DNA of 64,000 nt. Source: Patescibacteria group bacterium (GTDB lineage: Bacteria; Patescibacteriota; Patescibacteriia; Patescibacteriales; UBA12465). Below, in pieces: positions 37,546-47,557 of the stretch. Numbering within the stretch: position 1 is the first letter of the stretch; each line of letters starts with the position of its first letter. A program made the translations under genes and the position numbers. Where the stretch lies: assembly GCA_023229115.1 (NCBI GenBank), contig JALNZW010000001.1, forward strand, positions 70,861-134,860. Reading direction: 5' to 3'. The notes beneath the pieces are model-generated. The model was not told the DNA's origin, searched no databases, and saw only the letters and a list, made by a program, of their open reading frames with translations.

Positions 37546-38526
37546 TTATATTTTATGATATTTTTTATACCAATTAATAAAATTTTTAACCCCTTCTTCT
37601 ATTTTAGTTTTTGGTTTGAAATCTAGCATTCTTTCAGCTTTAGAGATATTAGCAAAAGTTTTTTCAACATCTCCTGGTTGAATTGCTTCTAATTTGATTT
37701 TAGCTTTTTTGCCCAAGGAGTTTTCTAATAATTCAATTAAATACTTTACTTCAATCGTCTGTGAATTTCCTAAATTAAATATTTCATAAGCGTAAGATTT
37801 TTCTAATGATTTTATTATTCCATCTACTATATCATCAATATAGGTAAAGTCTCTGAGCATTTTTCCGTAATTGAATAATTTAACTTCTTGATTGTTAATT
37901 ATTTCATTGGTAAATAGATACATGGCCATGTCGGGACGACCACTTGGACCATAAACCGTAAAAAATCTTAATCCAGTACAATTTAAGCCAAATAAATGGT
38001 GGTAATTGTGAGCGATTAATTCATTGGCTTTTTTAGTAGTAGCATAGAGTGAAATGGGATGATCAACACTATCTTCTTCGCTAAAACCACTTTCTTTCAT
38101 TTTATTTTTTCCATAAACTGAAGAGCTGGAAGCGTAAATAAAATCTTTAATATTAAAATTTCTAGCACATTCTATAATGTTAATAAACCCTTGTAAATTA
38201 CTTTGATGATAAGCGCTGGGGTTTTGTAAGGAATATCTAACTCCAGCTTGAGCAGCTAGATGGCAAATTTTATCAATTTTATTTTCTGTAAATATTTTTT
38301 TTAAATCTTCTGCTTGACTAATATCAACTTGATAGAATTTGTAATTACTATATTCTTTTAAAATGTTATTGCGATAATTTTTTAAATTAGGATCATAGTA
38401 ATCATTAAGAGAATCAATTCCAATAACATTTATTCCTTCTTCTAATAATTTTTGGCTAGTATGAAAACCAATAAAGCCGGCTGAACCGCTTACTAAAATT
38501 GTTTTATCTTTTAATTCATTTTTCAT
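37546..38526 (-). CDS. NAD-dependent epimerase, UDP-glucuronate 4-epimerase-like
   Basis: 326 aa. VSGSAGFIGFH, AAQAGVRYSLQNP, SSSSVYG, SLYATTKKANE and TGLRFFTVYGPSGRPDMA. Confidence 0.9.
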   Translation of the reverse strand: MKNELKDKTILVSGSAGFIGFHTSQKLLEEGINVIGIDSLNDYYDPNLKNYRNNILKEYSNYKFYQVDISQAEDLKKIFTENKIDKICHLAAQAGVRYSLQNPSAYHQSNLQGFINIIECARNFNIKDFIYASSSSVYGKNKMKESGFSEEDSVDHPISLYATTKKANELIAHNYHHLFGLNCTGLRFFTVYGPSGRPDMAMYLFTNEIINNQEVKLFNYGKMLRDFTYIDDIVDGIIKSLEKSYAYEIFNLGNSQTIEVKYLIELLENSLGKKAKIKLEAIQPGDVEKTFANISKAERMLDFKPKTKIEEGVKNFINWYKKYHKI

Positions 38527-38535
38527 AATATAAAT

Positions 38536-39912
38536 TTACCGACCCTCATGTCCTAGAGCGGTTCTGATTGTTTTTAAAATAATGCTTATATCTAAATAAA
38601 CCGATCTATTTTTAATATAGAATAAGTCATATTGTAGTTTTTTGTAAGTGTCTTCAATTGAAGGGGAGTGATATTCTCCTGAAATTTGATCCCAGCCAGT
38701 TATTCCTGGGCTAACCAAGCTACGGACATTATAGAAAGGAATATTGTTAGATAATTCTTTGATTAATTCTGGTCTTTCTGGGCGAGGACCAACAAAGCTC
38801 ATATCTCCTTTAATAACATTAAATAGTTGCGGTATTTCATCTAGGCGACTTTTTCGTAAGAATTTGCCAATTTTGGTTATCCGTGGATCATCTTGAGCTG
38901 TTGGAGCTTGATTATTATTTTCCACTCGCATGGTTCTGAATTTATAAAGACTAAAATCTTTATTATTTTTTCCTAATCTAGTTTGTTTAAAAATAATTGG
39001 TCCTGGACCACTAATTTTTACTAGTAGAATTATAAAGAAGCAAATAGGCAAGGCGAATATCATGAAAACAAAAGATAAACAAATATCAAAAACTCTTTTT
39101 ATTCTTTCAAAGTTTTTCTTTTCAGCTAGATTTAAATTTTCCAAGAACCAAGCTTTGTTTAAAATTTCTAAAGGAATTTGACCACTAATTTCTTCATAGA
39201 AATTAATGAGATTGTAATAATTTATTCCAGTCGGTAATAAGTTAAATAGAGTTTTTTGTAAGTCTTTCATGTCACTAATATCTCTTTCTAAAATTAAGCT
39301 GTCTATTTTATAATCTTTGATAGCCCGAGAAAGTTGATGAACATCTTCGATGATTACTAAGTCATATATTTCCGCAATATCAATTAAAACATTGTTTTTA
39401 GGACTGATAATGAGTTTAACTTTAAATCCAAGCTGGGGATTTTTTTTAATAGCTGTTATTGTTTTTCTGATAATTTCATTATAGCCAATAATAGCAATGT
39501 TGGAGCTTGGCAAATATCTTTTATTAGCAGATAAGAAAAATAGGCGCCATAGCAGGAATAAGACTAAAAAAAATACAGAAAAGATTATTAAATTGGTCTT
39601 AGGGGTGATTTGAGCATAGGGAACTAGATAAAAAATTATCATGGACAAGAAAAAGGAAGCCAGAACGCTTTTAACAGTTTTTTCTACTAGTTTATTTTGG
39701 TTGATAATTTTTTTGAAATCGTATAAGCTATTGATGTATATAATAACTAACCATAATCCAAAAATTGGTGTGAATACTTGAAAGTGTTGTTTTTCCAGTA
39801 CTTTACTTATATCATTGGCATATCTTAAAATTAAAGTTATTTTTAAAGATAGGACTAAAATAAGTAAGTCAACTATTATTAATATGGTTTGTTTTATTTT
39901 ATTATTATTCAT
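38536..39912 (-). CDS. Polyprenyl-phosphate glycosylphosphotransferase (WbaP/WcaJ-type priming enzyme)
   Basis: 458 aa. N-terminal TM helices, then a C-terminal bacterial sugar transferase domain (KRVFDICLS...PIIFKQTRLGKN...LYKFRTM...DEIPQLFNVIKGDMSFVGPRPERPE). Confidence 0.9.
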   Translation of the reverse strand: MNNNKIKQTILIIVDLLILVLSLKITLILRYANDISKVLEKQHFQVFTPIFGLWLVIIYINSLYDFKKIINQNKLVEKTVKSVLASFFLSMIIFYLVPYAQITPKTNLIIFSVFFLVLFLLWRLFFLSANKRYLPSSNIAIIGYNEIIRKTITAIKKNPQLGFKVKLIISPKNNVLIDIAEIYDLVIIEDVHQLSRAIKDYKIDSLILERDISDMKDLQKTLFNLLPTGINYYNLINFYEEISGQIPLEILNKAWFLENLNLAEKKNFERIKRVFDICLSFVFMIFALPICFFIILLVKISGPGPIIFKQTRLGKNNKDFSLYKFRTMRVENNNQAPTAQDDPRITKIGKFLRKSRLDEIPQLFNVIKGDMSFVGPRPERPELIKELSNNIPFYNVRSLVSPGITGWDQISGEYHSPSIEDTYKKLQYDLFYIKNRSVYLDISIILKTIRTALGHEGR

Positions 39913-39995
39913 AATTTCGCTTTTATCTAGCTGGTATATTATAATATATTATAGCAATAATTATCTTATTAAATCAAATTTAAAAATAAAAAAAT

Positions 39996-42299
39996 ATGAC
40001 CGAAAAAAAATATTTGTGGATTTTAAAAATTGGAGTTTTTTCATCTTTGATAACTCTTTTTTTGGTTTTTTCTAATTGGCTTTTTCCTTTTGTAACTTCC
40101 AAACAGTTAGTATTTAATATTTTGATTGAAATTTTATTTGTTTTTTATTTAGTTTTTATTTTGAAATTTCCAGCTTATCGTCCCAAAAAATCTTATGTTA
40201 GTTTTGGTCTTTTGGCTTATTTTGTAGCTCTTCTTTTTTCTTTGTTTGTCAGTGTTGATTCTAATTTAAGTTTTTGGGGTGATTTAGAGAGACTTTTGGG
40301 ATTTTTTCACCTTTTACATTTTTTGGCTCTTTATTTAATTACTATTACTGTTTTTAAAACTAAACAAGAATATTATTGGCTTTTTAATGCCATGCTTTTG
40401 GCTTGTTTAATTATTTCAGTTGCCATGATTACTAATTCGGCTGAAAGATATTCTCAGAGCTTATTGGGTAATAGAGCTTATTTAGCCGCTTTTGTTCTTT
40501 TTGCTATATTTTTAAGTTTTTTAATGATTAGTAATTATAAAAATTGGTGGAATAGGAGTATTTATATTGTTTCTATCCCAATCTTTATTTATACCCTTGT
40601 GAAAGCCGACATTTCAGGCTCTCATGCTGGTTTATTGTCGGGAATATTCATTTTTCTTTTATTACTTTCAATTTTAAATAGAAATAAAAAAAAGAAAATT
40701 ATCGGAGTTTCATTATTGTTGTCTTTTATAGTATTAATATCTACTCTTTTTTATTTTCGCTCTAATCAGATTTTTGATGGAACTTATTTGGGACGAGCTT
40801 TGAGAGATTTTTCTAGTGAAAACGTTACTTTAAATACTCGACTCATTTCTTGGAAAGCTGCTGGTAATTATTTGCTTGATCATCCTATTAATATGATCTT
40901 CGGAGTTGGTTTGGGTAATTATGCTTTGGTTTTTGATAAATATTTTGATGCTGATTTTTATAACTACGATCGACATGCAACTTATTTTGATAGGGCTCAT
41001 AATAATTTAGTTGATATTACTGCTACCACTGGTTTGCTTGGTCTTTTAACTTATTTGTTATTTATTGTTTCTTTGTTTTATTTCTTGTTTAAATCTTATT
41101 TACAGTATCGTAAGAACAATGATAATCCTAGAGCTTTAAATTTGCTGGAGTTGTCAGCTTTAAGTGGTCTTCTAGTGGCTTATTTTGTCCAGAATTTAGC
41201 TGTTTTTGATTCTTTTTCAACTTACATGTATTTGATGTTTGTAGCCGCCTATATTCATTTCTTAGAATTATCTGCCAAAACTAAGGTGGAAGAAAAAAAG
41301 AAGGAAGGTGTGAAAATCAAAGAAGGTGTTTTATTTCTATTTTTTGCTTCAATATTTTTAATTCTAATCTTTAGTGTTAATATTCGAGCTATTAAAACAT
41401 CCAAGGCTACGATTGGTGCTTATATTTCTTTGGGCAAGGGTGATATAATGGGGAGTTACAATAATTTTGAAAAAGCTTTTGGATATCAATCAGTTTTAGT
41501 TCGTGATAGTCGCGAATCTTATATAACTTTAATGACTAATAATTTTGATTCAATGTTGAATAAGGTTTCTTTGGAAGATTTAGAGAAAATTGTTTCGCTA
41601 GGTATTTATGCGGCTAATTCTAATTTAAATTATAATGTCAATGATAGTTTAATGCTATTTCGAGCAGCTAAAATATATGAAATGGCTGGTCGTTTTTATG
41701 CTAAAAAAGGGGATAACGAATTGGCGGTTGAGAATAATTCTTTAGCCTTAAAAATGATTGACTTGTCAATTGAGGCAAGTCCTCAAAGAGTTCCTCTGTA
41801 TTCTTTTAAATCCAGTATTCTTTTAAATTTTGGTAAAGATCAAGAGGCTATTGATACCTTGAATTATGCTAAAGAAATTAATCCGAAAATGCCCGACGCT
41901 TTTTGTCAGGTTGCTAATTTATATTTTTTAGAAGATGATATTGATAATTTTCTTTTAGACCTTAAATCTTGTGCTGACAACAGAGGTTTTGATTTAATGA
42001 GTTTTGATTCCTTTATAACTCGTTTTGAAGAAAAGTTGTTAGAAGATAAAAAGTATGAAGCAGTTATTGGGATGTATGATATTATTTTAGAAAAATATCC
42101 TGACAATATTGACTGGTTGTCTCGCGGGGGGTTAGCTTATTATGTGGCTGGTGATTTTTCTAAAGCTAGAACTTGCGCTGAAAGAATATTAGAATTAGAT
42201 GAATCTTATCAAGAAGATGTTGATGTTTTTTTAGAGCAACTTGACGCTGAAGAAGCAGTAAAAAATCAAGAAGAAAATATAGTAGAAAACAACAATTAA
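39996..42299 (+). CDS. O-antigen ligase/polymerase-like (Wzy_C) membrane protein with C-terminal TPR domain
   Basis: 767 aa with about 12 TM helices. Wzy_C-type loop RLISWKAAGNYLLDHPINMIFGVGLGNY...DRAHNNLVDITATTGLLGL. TPR-like repeats in the C-terminal 300 aa. Confidence 0.8.
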   Translation: MTEKKYLWILKIGVFSSLITLFLVFSNWLFPFVTSKQLVFNILIEILFVFYLVFILKFPAYRPKKSYVSFGLLAYFVALLFSLFVSVDSNLSFWGDLERLLGFFHLLHFLALYLITITVFKTKQEYYWLFNAMLLACLIISVAMITNSAERYSQSLLGNRAYLAAFVLFAIFLSFLMISNYKNWWNRSIYIVSIPIFIYTLVKADISGSHAGLLSGIFIFLLLLSILNRNKKKKIIGVSLLLSFIVLISTLFYFRSNQIFDGTYLGRALRDFSSENVTLNTRLISWKAAGNYLLDHPINMIFGVGLGNYALVFDKYFDADFYNYDRHATYFDRAHNNLVDITATTGLLGLLTYLLFIVSLFYFLFKSYLQYRKNNDNPRALNLLELSALSGLLVAYFVQNLAVFDSFSTYMYLMFVAAYIHFLELSAKTKVEEKKKEGVKIKEGVLFLFFASIFLILIFSVNIRAIKTSKATIGAYISLGKGDIMGSYNNFEKAFGYQSVLVRDSRESYITLMTNNFDSMLNKVSLEDLEKIVSLGIYAANSNLNYNVNDSLMLFRAAKIYEMAGRFYAKKGDNELAVENNSLALKMIDLSIEASPQRVPLYSFKSSILLNFGKDQEAIDTLNYAKEINPKMPDAFCQVANLYFLEDDIDNFLLDLKSCADNRGFDLMSFDSFITRFEEKLLEDKKYEAVIGMYDIILEKYPDNIDWLSRGGLAYYVAGDFSKARTCAERILELDESYQEDVDVFLEQLDAEEAVKNQEENIVENNN

Positions 42300-42358
42300 T
42301 TTTGTTGTTTTTTTATTAATATCTGTTATAATAATTTAAATATAATTAAAATCATTTT

Positions 42359-44404
42359 ATGATTTCTAACACAAAAAAAAGAGGTTTTACCCTTATTGAA
42401 CTCTTAGTAGTAATAGCTATTATTGGAATCCTTGCCACTTTAGCGGTTGTAGCTCTACAACAAGCTAGAAGCAGAGCTAGGGACTCTAAAAGAATGGCTG
42501 ACATGAAGCAAGTTCAAACAGCCTTAGAGTTATTCTTTAATGAAAATGGTAGATATCCAACCACTGAAGAGTGGAATAGTGGCTCTATAGTTTCTTCTAC
42601 CTCTCAAGAAACATTTATGTATTCTATCCCAACTGCCCCCTCTCCTGCTGATGGAGATTGTCTAGAAGCTTCTAATACTTATACCTACGTACCTCAAAAT
42701 GATGGTGCTAGCTATACCATAGACTTTTGTACTGGTAAACAAGTGTCTGATATGCCAGACGGAGCCAAGCAAATGACTCCTGGAGGAATAATATTTGGTA
42801 GTAGTGAGGTTGGTGGTGATAGTCTTCCTGGCGTTGGCTGTTTAGTGGACTCAACTGGTTGTGGTTGGGCGTCAGTTTCATCTTCTTTTTCTACTGTTAA
42901 TCCTGATTTTCTTTCTTTTTATGTTGAAAATGATATTTTGTATGTTGCTTACAGGGATTCATTGTATTCTAGTAGAGCTACTGTTAAAAAGTTTGATGGC
43001 ACCAACTGGATAACTGTTGGTAATCCAGGTTTTTCGGACGGAATGTCAAATGATGTCTCTTTGTTTGTTTATAATGGCACTCCGTATATAGCTTATCGTG
43101 ATTACGGAAACAATTCAAAGGTTACCGTTATGAAATTCGATGGTTCCAGCTGGGTTAATGTTGGAAATCCAGGCTTTTCAGCTGGCGATGGATGGAATGT
43201 TTCTTTGTATGTTTATGATGACACTCCCTATATTGCTTATTCTAATAATTTTAATAGTGGAAAGGTTACAACTATGAAATTTGATGGTTCTAGCTGGGTT
43301 GATGTTGGAAGTCCTCTCCCTGTTGCAGAATCTTCTTTTGATTTATTGCCTCTTTCAATCTTTATTTATAACGGTAGTCCTTATTTAGCTTATAAAGATA
43401 ATTCTAATAATGGTGACATTTCAGTTTCAATGTTTAATGGTTCTGACTGGGTTAATGTTGGTGATCTCGGATTTTCTATTGGTTCAGTTGATTCAAATAA
43501 TTTAATATCATTTTTTGTAGACAATAACGTTCCTTATGTTGCTTATAGTGATTCCGAAAATAACTACTCTATAAGAGTTATGAAATATGATGGTTCATCG
43601 TGGGTTGTTGTTGGAGATGGTTTTTTTGGGCAATATTCATATGTTTATTCAAGGTCTCTATTCGTTTATCAGGGGGTTCCTTATTTGGCTTATTCTAGCG
43701 ATGAATATTCGGGTTTAATGAGCGTGGCTAGGTTTAAAAACTCCAACTGGGAATTTGTTGGTAATCAAAATTTTTCAGATGAAGAAAGTTATTGGATTAA
43801 TATTTTTGTTGATAATGACAATGCTTATGTTGCTTATTCTGGTTTGAAAACAATAGCTAATGTGGTTTCTTATACTAGCTGTGTTCCGGATTGTTCTGGT
43901 AAAAGTTGTGGTAATGACGGTTGTGGTGGACTATGTGGTTCTTGCCCAGATTTTTATACATGTGAGTCTGGCGTTTGTATACCACCAGTTTGTTTTTTAT
44001 CGGGCACAAAGATTTCAATGGCCGATGGAAGTTATAAAAACATAGAAGATGTTGTTGTTGGAGATGTGGTGAAGAGTTATGACTTTACAACAAAAAGTTT
44101 GGTTTCTGGTAAGGTTTCAGAATTAATTAAACATTCGTCTGAAAAAACTAGTTCATATTTAATTATAAATAAAAACTTAAAGGTGACTCACAATCATGAA
44201 ATATTATTGAATGGATATTGGAAGCAAATAGGCGAAGCCAGAATAGGTGATTATATGCAATTAGAAGACGGAAGTTTTAGATTTGTTGATTCTATAGAAA
44301 TCGTTTATGAAAATGTTCCAACTTATAATTTTGAAGTAGAAGATTACCATAATTATTATGCTGAAGGAATTTTGGTTCATAATGCACTTCCTCCTGGTTG
44401 TTAA
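42359..44404 (+). CDS. Type IV pilin-like protein fused to 7 propeller-type repeats, a Cys-rich module and a C-terminal Hint domain
   Basis: 681 aa. Prepilin leader [26 protein letters not shown]. Seven repeats of ..PY(I/V/L)AY.D......[48 protein letters not shown]. Hint domain [13 protein letters not shown]...VTHNHE...[20 protein letters not shown] (43991-44382), then ALPPGC*. Confidence 0.85.
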   Translation: MISNTKKRGFTLIELLVVIAIIGILATLAVVALQQARSRARDSKRMADMKQVQTALELFFNENGRYPTTEEWNSGSIVSSTSQETFMYSIPTAPSPADGDCLEASNTYTYVPQNDGASYTIDFCTGKQVSDMPDGAKQMTPGGIIFGSSEVGGDSLPGVGCLVDSTGCGWASVSSSFSTVNPDFLSFYVENDILYVAYRDSLYSSRATVKKFDGTNWITVGNPGFSDGMSNDVSLFVYNGTPYIAYRDYGNNSKVTVMKFDGSSWVNVGNPGFSAGDGWNVSLYVYDDTPYIAYSNNFNSGKVTTMKFDGSSWVDVGSPLPVAESSFDLLPLSIFIYNGSPYLAYKDNSNNGDISVSMFNGSDWVNVGDLGFSIGSVDSNNLISFFVDNNVPYVAYSDSENNYSIRVMKYDGSSWVVVGDGFFGQYSYVYSRSLFVYQGVPYLAYSSDEYSGLMSVARFKNSNWEFVGNQNFSDEESYWINIFVDNDNAYVAYSGLKTIANVVSYTSCVPDCSGKSCGNDGCGGLCGSCPDFYTCESGVCIPPVCFLSGTKISMADGSYKNIEDVVVGDVVKSYDFTTKSLVSGKVSELIKHSSEKTSSYLIINKNLKVTHNHEILLNGYWKQIGEARIGDYMQLEDGSFRFVDSIEIVYENVPTYNFEVEDYHNYYAEGILVHNALPPGC

Positions 44405-44511
44405 TTTTTAGGTACGTATAGTTTTGTGTTTATAATCAAAATTTAAGTTTTATTAAATAACGTTAGTTTTTTAAATATTGCACATTAAAATATTAATTGG
44501 AGGACGACACA

Positions 44512-45201
44512 ATGAAGGGAAAAAATTTAATAAAGATGTTTTTTGGTTTCTTTTCTTGTTTGGCGGAGAAAAGAAAAGAAATGAACAATCTATTTGATTG
44601 GGAAGTTGATCAATTAAGAAAAAACGGTTTTCCAGAAAAAATTTTGTTTCATTTAGAGAGTCAAAGAAAGAGGGTTGTTAAAAAGGCTTGTAACTATTGT
44701 TATCCAGTTTATTTAGATTCAATTCCTTTTTTACCTGTATTTTCTCTCAAGGTTTTAGAAGAAGTATTTAAATCTCCTTTGCTTAGTATTAATCAAAAAG
44801 AGGGGAGTGAGTTAAATCTTTTTGATTCTATTAACATGGAAAAGATTTATAATAAAATTGGTTTGGATAAAGATTTTTATTTTTTATTTGGCGGGGGAAA
44901 TGGTTTGGATGAAGATTCTATTGCAGGAATTTCGCCAGAAAAAGCTGAAAAAGTTTTTGAATGCCTTGACATTACCCCAATGAATGTTAATGAAGCTTTA
45001 TCTTTTCTTATTTTGTTTTCTAGTTTGTATAATGGTGGCGGAGAGAGGATATCAATTTTAGGATCAAGGTACAGAAAGGAAGATTTTGTTCCCGAACTTT
45101 TCAGGTGTCGAAATGGATTTAGACTTTCAGACGATCTAATAAACAATGATGATAAGAAGAAAGTTTATCCAACCTGTTTAAAAAGAATATCTTTTTCGTA
45201 A
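44512..45201 (+). CDS. Hypothetical protein
   Basis: Track ORF starts at TTG 44497. GGAGGA (44499-44504) sits 7 nt before the ATG at 44512, which I prefer. No recognisable domain. Confidence 0.55.
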   Translation: MKGKNLIKMFFGFFSCLAEKRKEMNNLFDWEVDQLRKNGFPEKILFHLESQRKRVVKKACNYCYPVYLDSIPFLPVFSLKVLEEVFKSPLLSINQKEGSELNLFDSINMEKIYNKIGLDKDFYFLFGGGNGLDEDSIAGISPEKAEKVFECLDITPMNVNEALSFLILFSSLYNGGGERISILGSRYRKEDFVPELFRCRNGFRLSDDLINNDDKKKVYPTCLKRISFS

Positions 45202-45220
45202 ATATTTTTACGAACAAAGA

Positions 45221-45248
45221 AAAAAAGCGACTTTTATGTCGCTTTTTT
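45221..45248. terminator. Intrinsic terminator overlapping the 3' end of the convergent gene
   Basis: A-run, GCGAC (45227-45231) / GTCGC (45238-45242) stem, then T6. Confidence 0.45.
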
Positions 45249-46388
45249 AATTTCCTCTAATATTCTTTCGGCGTATTTTTCCTCACCAATTTGTGGTAGT
45301 TTGGCACCAATGTATTTAGAAAAATTATTACAAAAATAATCTATTTTATTTATTAAGTCATGAGAATTTTTAGCTTCGAATAATATACCTTTGTATTTTT
45401 TAATTAATTCACTTATTCCGCCCAGATCCGAGGCTATTACTGGCAGATTAAAAGCTGACGCTTCGTAGATAACTGTGGGCGAATTTTCGTAGCAAAGAGA
45501 AGGGACTATTAAACAATCGTGTTTTAGAAGTTCGCCTCTAACTTCATTTCCGCTTTTTTTACCTAAAAAGGATATGTTTTTATTGTCTTTGGCTAGTTTT
45601 TGGGCTTGATTCATCAAAGTTCCATCACCTACGATAGTCAATTTTATATTTTGTCTATCTTTGATTTTATTAAAGGTTTTAATTAAAAAAATAATTCCTT
45701 TATGTTCTTCAATTTGACCAACAAAAATAAAGTTATAATCTTTTTTGTTTTCTATGACTTCTTTTTTTATTTCACTTTTTTTAAAAGCTAAGGGATTATC
45801 TAAAACTAGTTTTTTACTTTTTTTAAAGAAATCTCTTCTCAAATGTTTTTCTAATAACCATTTGGAAGGCGAAACAATTAAATCGGGTGAGGAGCTTATT
45901 TTTTTGTTTAATAATTGAAAAATTTTAGCAGCTAAAGTATTGGCTATATTTTCTTGGTGATAAAAAATTAATCCTGATGGATGAATTAGTTGAATGTCGT
46001 GCAGTATATGAACGTGTTTTATTTTTAATTGCCTGATTATAAAAAAACTTAAAAAAGACAAGCCCATTAAATTGTTGCTAATAACTAAGTCTGGTTTTTC
46101 TTTTTTTAAAATTTTTTTTAATTTTAAAGATTTTTTGATATTAAAAACATTATCTATTTGCCAGAGAAGGCGGTAGGTATAACTATAGTCTTTTAGGTTG
46201 TAATATTTGGAGTTTATATAATAAGTTTTGGGAGATGTGTTTTCTTCTTTTTTGTTTTTTGGCTTGGTGGTAACTAAAAAAACTTGATGATCTAAGGATT
46301 GTAGTTGGTTAACTGTTATTTCAGCTACTTTTTCGGCACCACCTTTTTGATAGGGTTTGTATAAATTGTTGATTATAGCTATTTTCAT
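45234..46388 (-). CDS. Glycosyltransferase family 4
   Basis: 384 aa. PSLCYENSPTVIYEASAFNLPVIASDLGG. Confidence 0.85.
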   Translation of the reverse strand: MKIAIINNLYKPYQKGGAEKVAEITVNQLQSLDHQVFLVTTKPKNKKEENTSPKTYYINSKYYNLKDYSYTYRLLWQIDNVFNIKKSLKLKKILKKEKPDLVISNNLMGLSFLSFFIIRQLKIKHVHILHDIQLIHPSGLIFYHQENIANTLAAKIFQLLNKKISSSPDLIVSPSKWLLEKHLRRDFFKKSKKLVLDNPLAFKKSEIKKEVIENKKDYNFIFVGQIEEHKGIIFLIKTFNKIKDRQNIKLTIVGDGTLMNQAQKLAKDNKNISFLGKKSGNEVRGELLKHDCLIVPSLCYENSPTVIYEASAFNLPVIASDLGGISELIKKYKGILFEAKNSHDLINKIDYFCNNFSKYIGAKLPQIGEEKYAERILEEIKKAT

Positions 46389-46428
46389 AAGCTTATTGTA
46401 GCAAAAGATTAGCGATTAAACAATTTTT

Positions 46429-47529
46429 TTATATTAACAATTCTTCTATTTTAGAAACAAATACTTTTTTCGAATATTTTTTTTCGGCTAAAATTTTGGC
46501 CTCTTGGCTCATTTTGTTTCTTGAATCCTTATTTTTTATTATATAGCTTAATTTATTTTTTAAATCTTCAATGTTTTTTGGTTCCACTTTTAAACCAGAG
46601 ATATTATTTTCAAAAACACTTCTTACCCCTGGTAAATTAGAAGCAATTACTGGCGTAGCACAAGCCATCGCTTCTATTAATACTATTCCAAAAGCTTCAT
46701 TACTATTAATAGATGGTAGAACCAGAACATCGACTTTTTGATAATTATTTATTAGTTCTTCTAAACTTAATTTTCCGATAAAATTAACTTTATTTTCTAT
46801 GCCCAAGTTTTTAACTAATTGTTGGTATTCATTTTTTAGTTCGCCTTCGCCCGCAATTAATAATTTGGTATTTTCTAGATTAGCTTGAGCAAAGGCTTGA
46901 ATTAAGATGTTAACCCCTTTAAAATAATGAGCCTTATCTAGTCCTCCAATAAATAAGATTTCTTTGTTTTCTTTATTATTTTTTTTATCAAAATCAGGAC
47001 AAAATCTAATAGTATCTACAAAAAAAGGAATTTCTACAAACTTTTCTGGCCAAAGATTAAAATAATTTTTTATTTGACTGTATTTAATATAATCAAGTGA
47101 GGCACAAACTATTTTATCAGCTTTTTCAAATAGAGATTTTCTGATTAATGTTTCTGGCCAAGACAAAATTCTGAAAAAGATATTTTTATGTTTAACATCC
47201 ATGTGATAATGAATGATTAATTTTTTTTGCGGATTTAATATTTTAAATAGCCAGATTATAAAAGCCGTACCAAAAAAGGGGTAGTGGAAATAAATCAAAT
47301 CAAATTCTCTCAGTTTTTTTAAGAGTTGCCACAAAATGCCAGCATGACCTAAATCGGGTAGCGCTTTTAAGTTAATAATATTTTTTTCAGTATTATTTTC
47401 TTTTTTATTTTTTTTAGTAAAAACAAAAGACTGGTGATTTTTTTGAAACACTTCATGATTTTTGTAAGCTGAGGTGCCAATTCCACCGGCATAGGGAGGG
47501 TAGACACAAACCACTTGGGCAATTTTCAT
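46429..47529 (-). CDS. Glycosyltransferase family 4
   Basis: 366 aa. LPSINSNEAFGIVLIEAMACATPVIASNLPG. Confidence 0.85.
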   Translation of the reverse strand: MKIAQVVCVYPPYAGGIGTSAYKNHEVFQKNHQSFVFTKKNKKENNTEKNIINLKALPDLGHAGILWQLLKKLREFDLIYFHYPFFGTAFIIWLFKILNPQKKLIIHYHMDVKHKNIFFRILSWPETLIRKSLFEKADKIVCASLDYIKYSQIKNYFNLWPEKFVEIPFFVDTIRFCPDFDKKNNKENKEILFIGGLDKAHYFKGVNILIQAFAQANLENTKLLIAGEGELKNEYQQLVKNLGIENKVNFIGKLSLEELINNYQKVDVLVLPSINSNEAFGIVLIEAMACATPVIASNLPGVRSVFENNISGLKVEPKNIEDLKNKLSYIIKNKDSRNKMSQEAKILAEKKYSKKVFVSKIEELLI

Positions 47530-47557
47530 ATTATCTTTTTTTTGTTATAGTATTGCT

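Noticed and set aside
43991-44404. A canonical (splicing) mini-intein at the pilin C-terminus.
   Set aside because: The residue after the terminal HN is Ala, not Cys/Ser/Thr, and only six residues follow. Protein splicing is therefore not possible. I interpret it as a Hint/BIL-type autoprocessing domain instead.
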